Of a DNA stretch of 64,000 nucleotides, positions 63,166-64,000 are shown piece by piece; position 1 is the stretch's first letter; each line of letters begins with the position of its first letter. Origin of the DNA: Diadema antillarum (Eukaryota); the NCBI RefSeq assembly GCF_040938485.1, contig NW_027272282.1, positions 682,001 to 746,000 of the forward strand, in the 5' to 3' direction. Below the pieces are notes generated by a model. That model was not told the DNA's origin. It did not search any database and worked only from the letters and a program-made list of their open reading frames with translations. The position numbers and the translations under genes were made by a program.

Positions 63166-63294
63166 NNNNNNNNNNNNNNNNNNNNNNNNNNNNNNNNNNN
63201 NNNNNNNNNNNNNNNNNNNNNNNNNNNNNNNNNNNNNNNNNNNNNNNNNNNNNNNNNNNNNNNNNNNNNNNNNNNNNNNNNNNNNNNNNNNNNN
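63166..63294. other. N block (129 nt)
   Basis: Run of N after a TAT/TAG-rich tract. Confidence 0.99.
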
Positions 63295-64000
63295 TTTTTT
63301 GTTGTCCCACTCTTGTACCAAGAATTGCCAACATACCTGAGATTACAAAAGTTTCTTTGCCAGATTTTTTGTCAACCTTTTTGTTGTGGTATTGTGTGAC
63401 ATCAAAAAGTTGACATGTATTCATGGTGAATGTTCACATGAGAGTACACAAAATTAACTCTCATGTCTTAATTAAAGGTTTGTAAAATTCCCAGTGACAG
63501 TCATTTTTGATGATGTCGTGAAACATAGATTAAAATACTAGATTGTTTTTTAAAGGAATTCCTTTTACAAACTATGTGACATGTAGTAGCGACACTCACT
63601 GTAGTATCAAGTTTGTGTAGTTGGTAACCTAGTCTTTTGCAGGCTGCCACAATTTAACTTGTAGATGACATTATTCTTGAAAGGTTGTTCTGCTCCTCTG
63701 TTAGTATAGCCTTCTTTTCATTATCACTTATATTTTACAAATGATCTAATTGATTAAACACGTTGACTAGAAGGTAGTACAGGGGAAACTCGGTATAACG
63801 AACACTGCTATAACAAGATATCGGTTATTACGAGGAAATTTTCCCGGTCCCAAATTTCCTTCCACACAAGTCTATGTAAAATGCTACTCTTATAGCGAGA
63901 TCGGCTATAACGAAATAACTGCTATAACGAGATAAATTTTGTGACTTCCAAACAAAGAAAAACATAGCCAATCAAACCTGTTATAGCAAGGTAAAGCAAA

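Overview
Eukaryotic, intron-rich, AT-rich genomic DNA. The recurrent TAGGCCTA motif, repeat families and gene content suggest an invertebrate deuterostome, most likely a sea urchin (inference). Five protein-coding genes can be supported: (1) the last exon of a KY/hillarin-like protein (+, 1-1022); (2) an intronless compact PRRT3/PRRT4-family 7TM protein (+, 10351-11493); (3) a complete 9-exon CCDC42/CFAP73 ciliary coiled-coil gene (-, 22066-32138) with an RFX X-box in its promoter; (4) a complete 10-exon NIPSNAP gene (+, 35710-47849), divergent from CCDC42; (5) a PA-TM-RING-H2 E3 ligase matching RNF215 (+, 55599-62990), with a probable GC-AG intron and an uncertain 3' end. I assembled the exon chains by hand from GT/AG sites, and all three stay in frame. 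The rest is introns and intergenic DNA with many MITEs (Harbinger-, Tigger/pogo-, Kolobok- and CMC-like, plus a TA-flanked ACTGTA family), truncated L2/Crack and Rex1 LINEs, a tRNA-derived SINE, microsatellites and three N blocks. There are no rRNA or tRNA genes, no CRISPR array and no prokaryotic-type system. I did not find a clearly new biological system. The best leads are an orphan promoter/first exon near 17.2 kb, the minimal PRRT3/4-like 7TM protein with an upstream CLEAR palindrome, non-canonical or alternative splicing candidates, and possible ancient linkage of NIPSNAP, RNF215 and CCDC42. Family assignments come from recalled sequences, not database searches.
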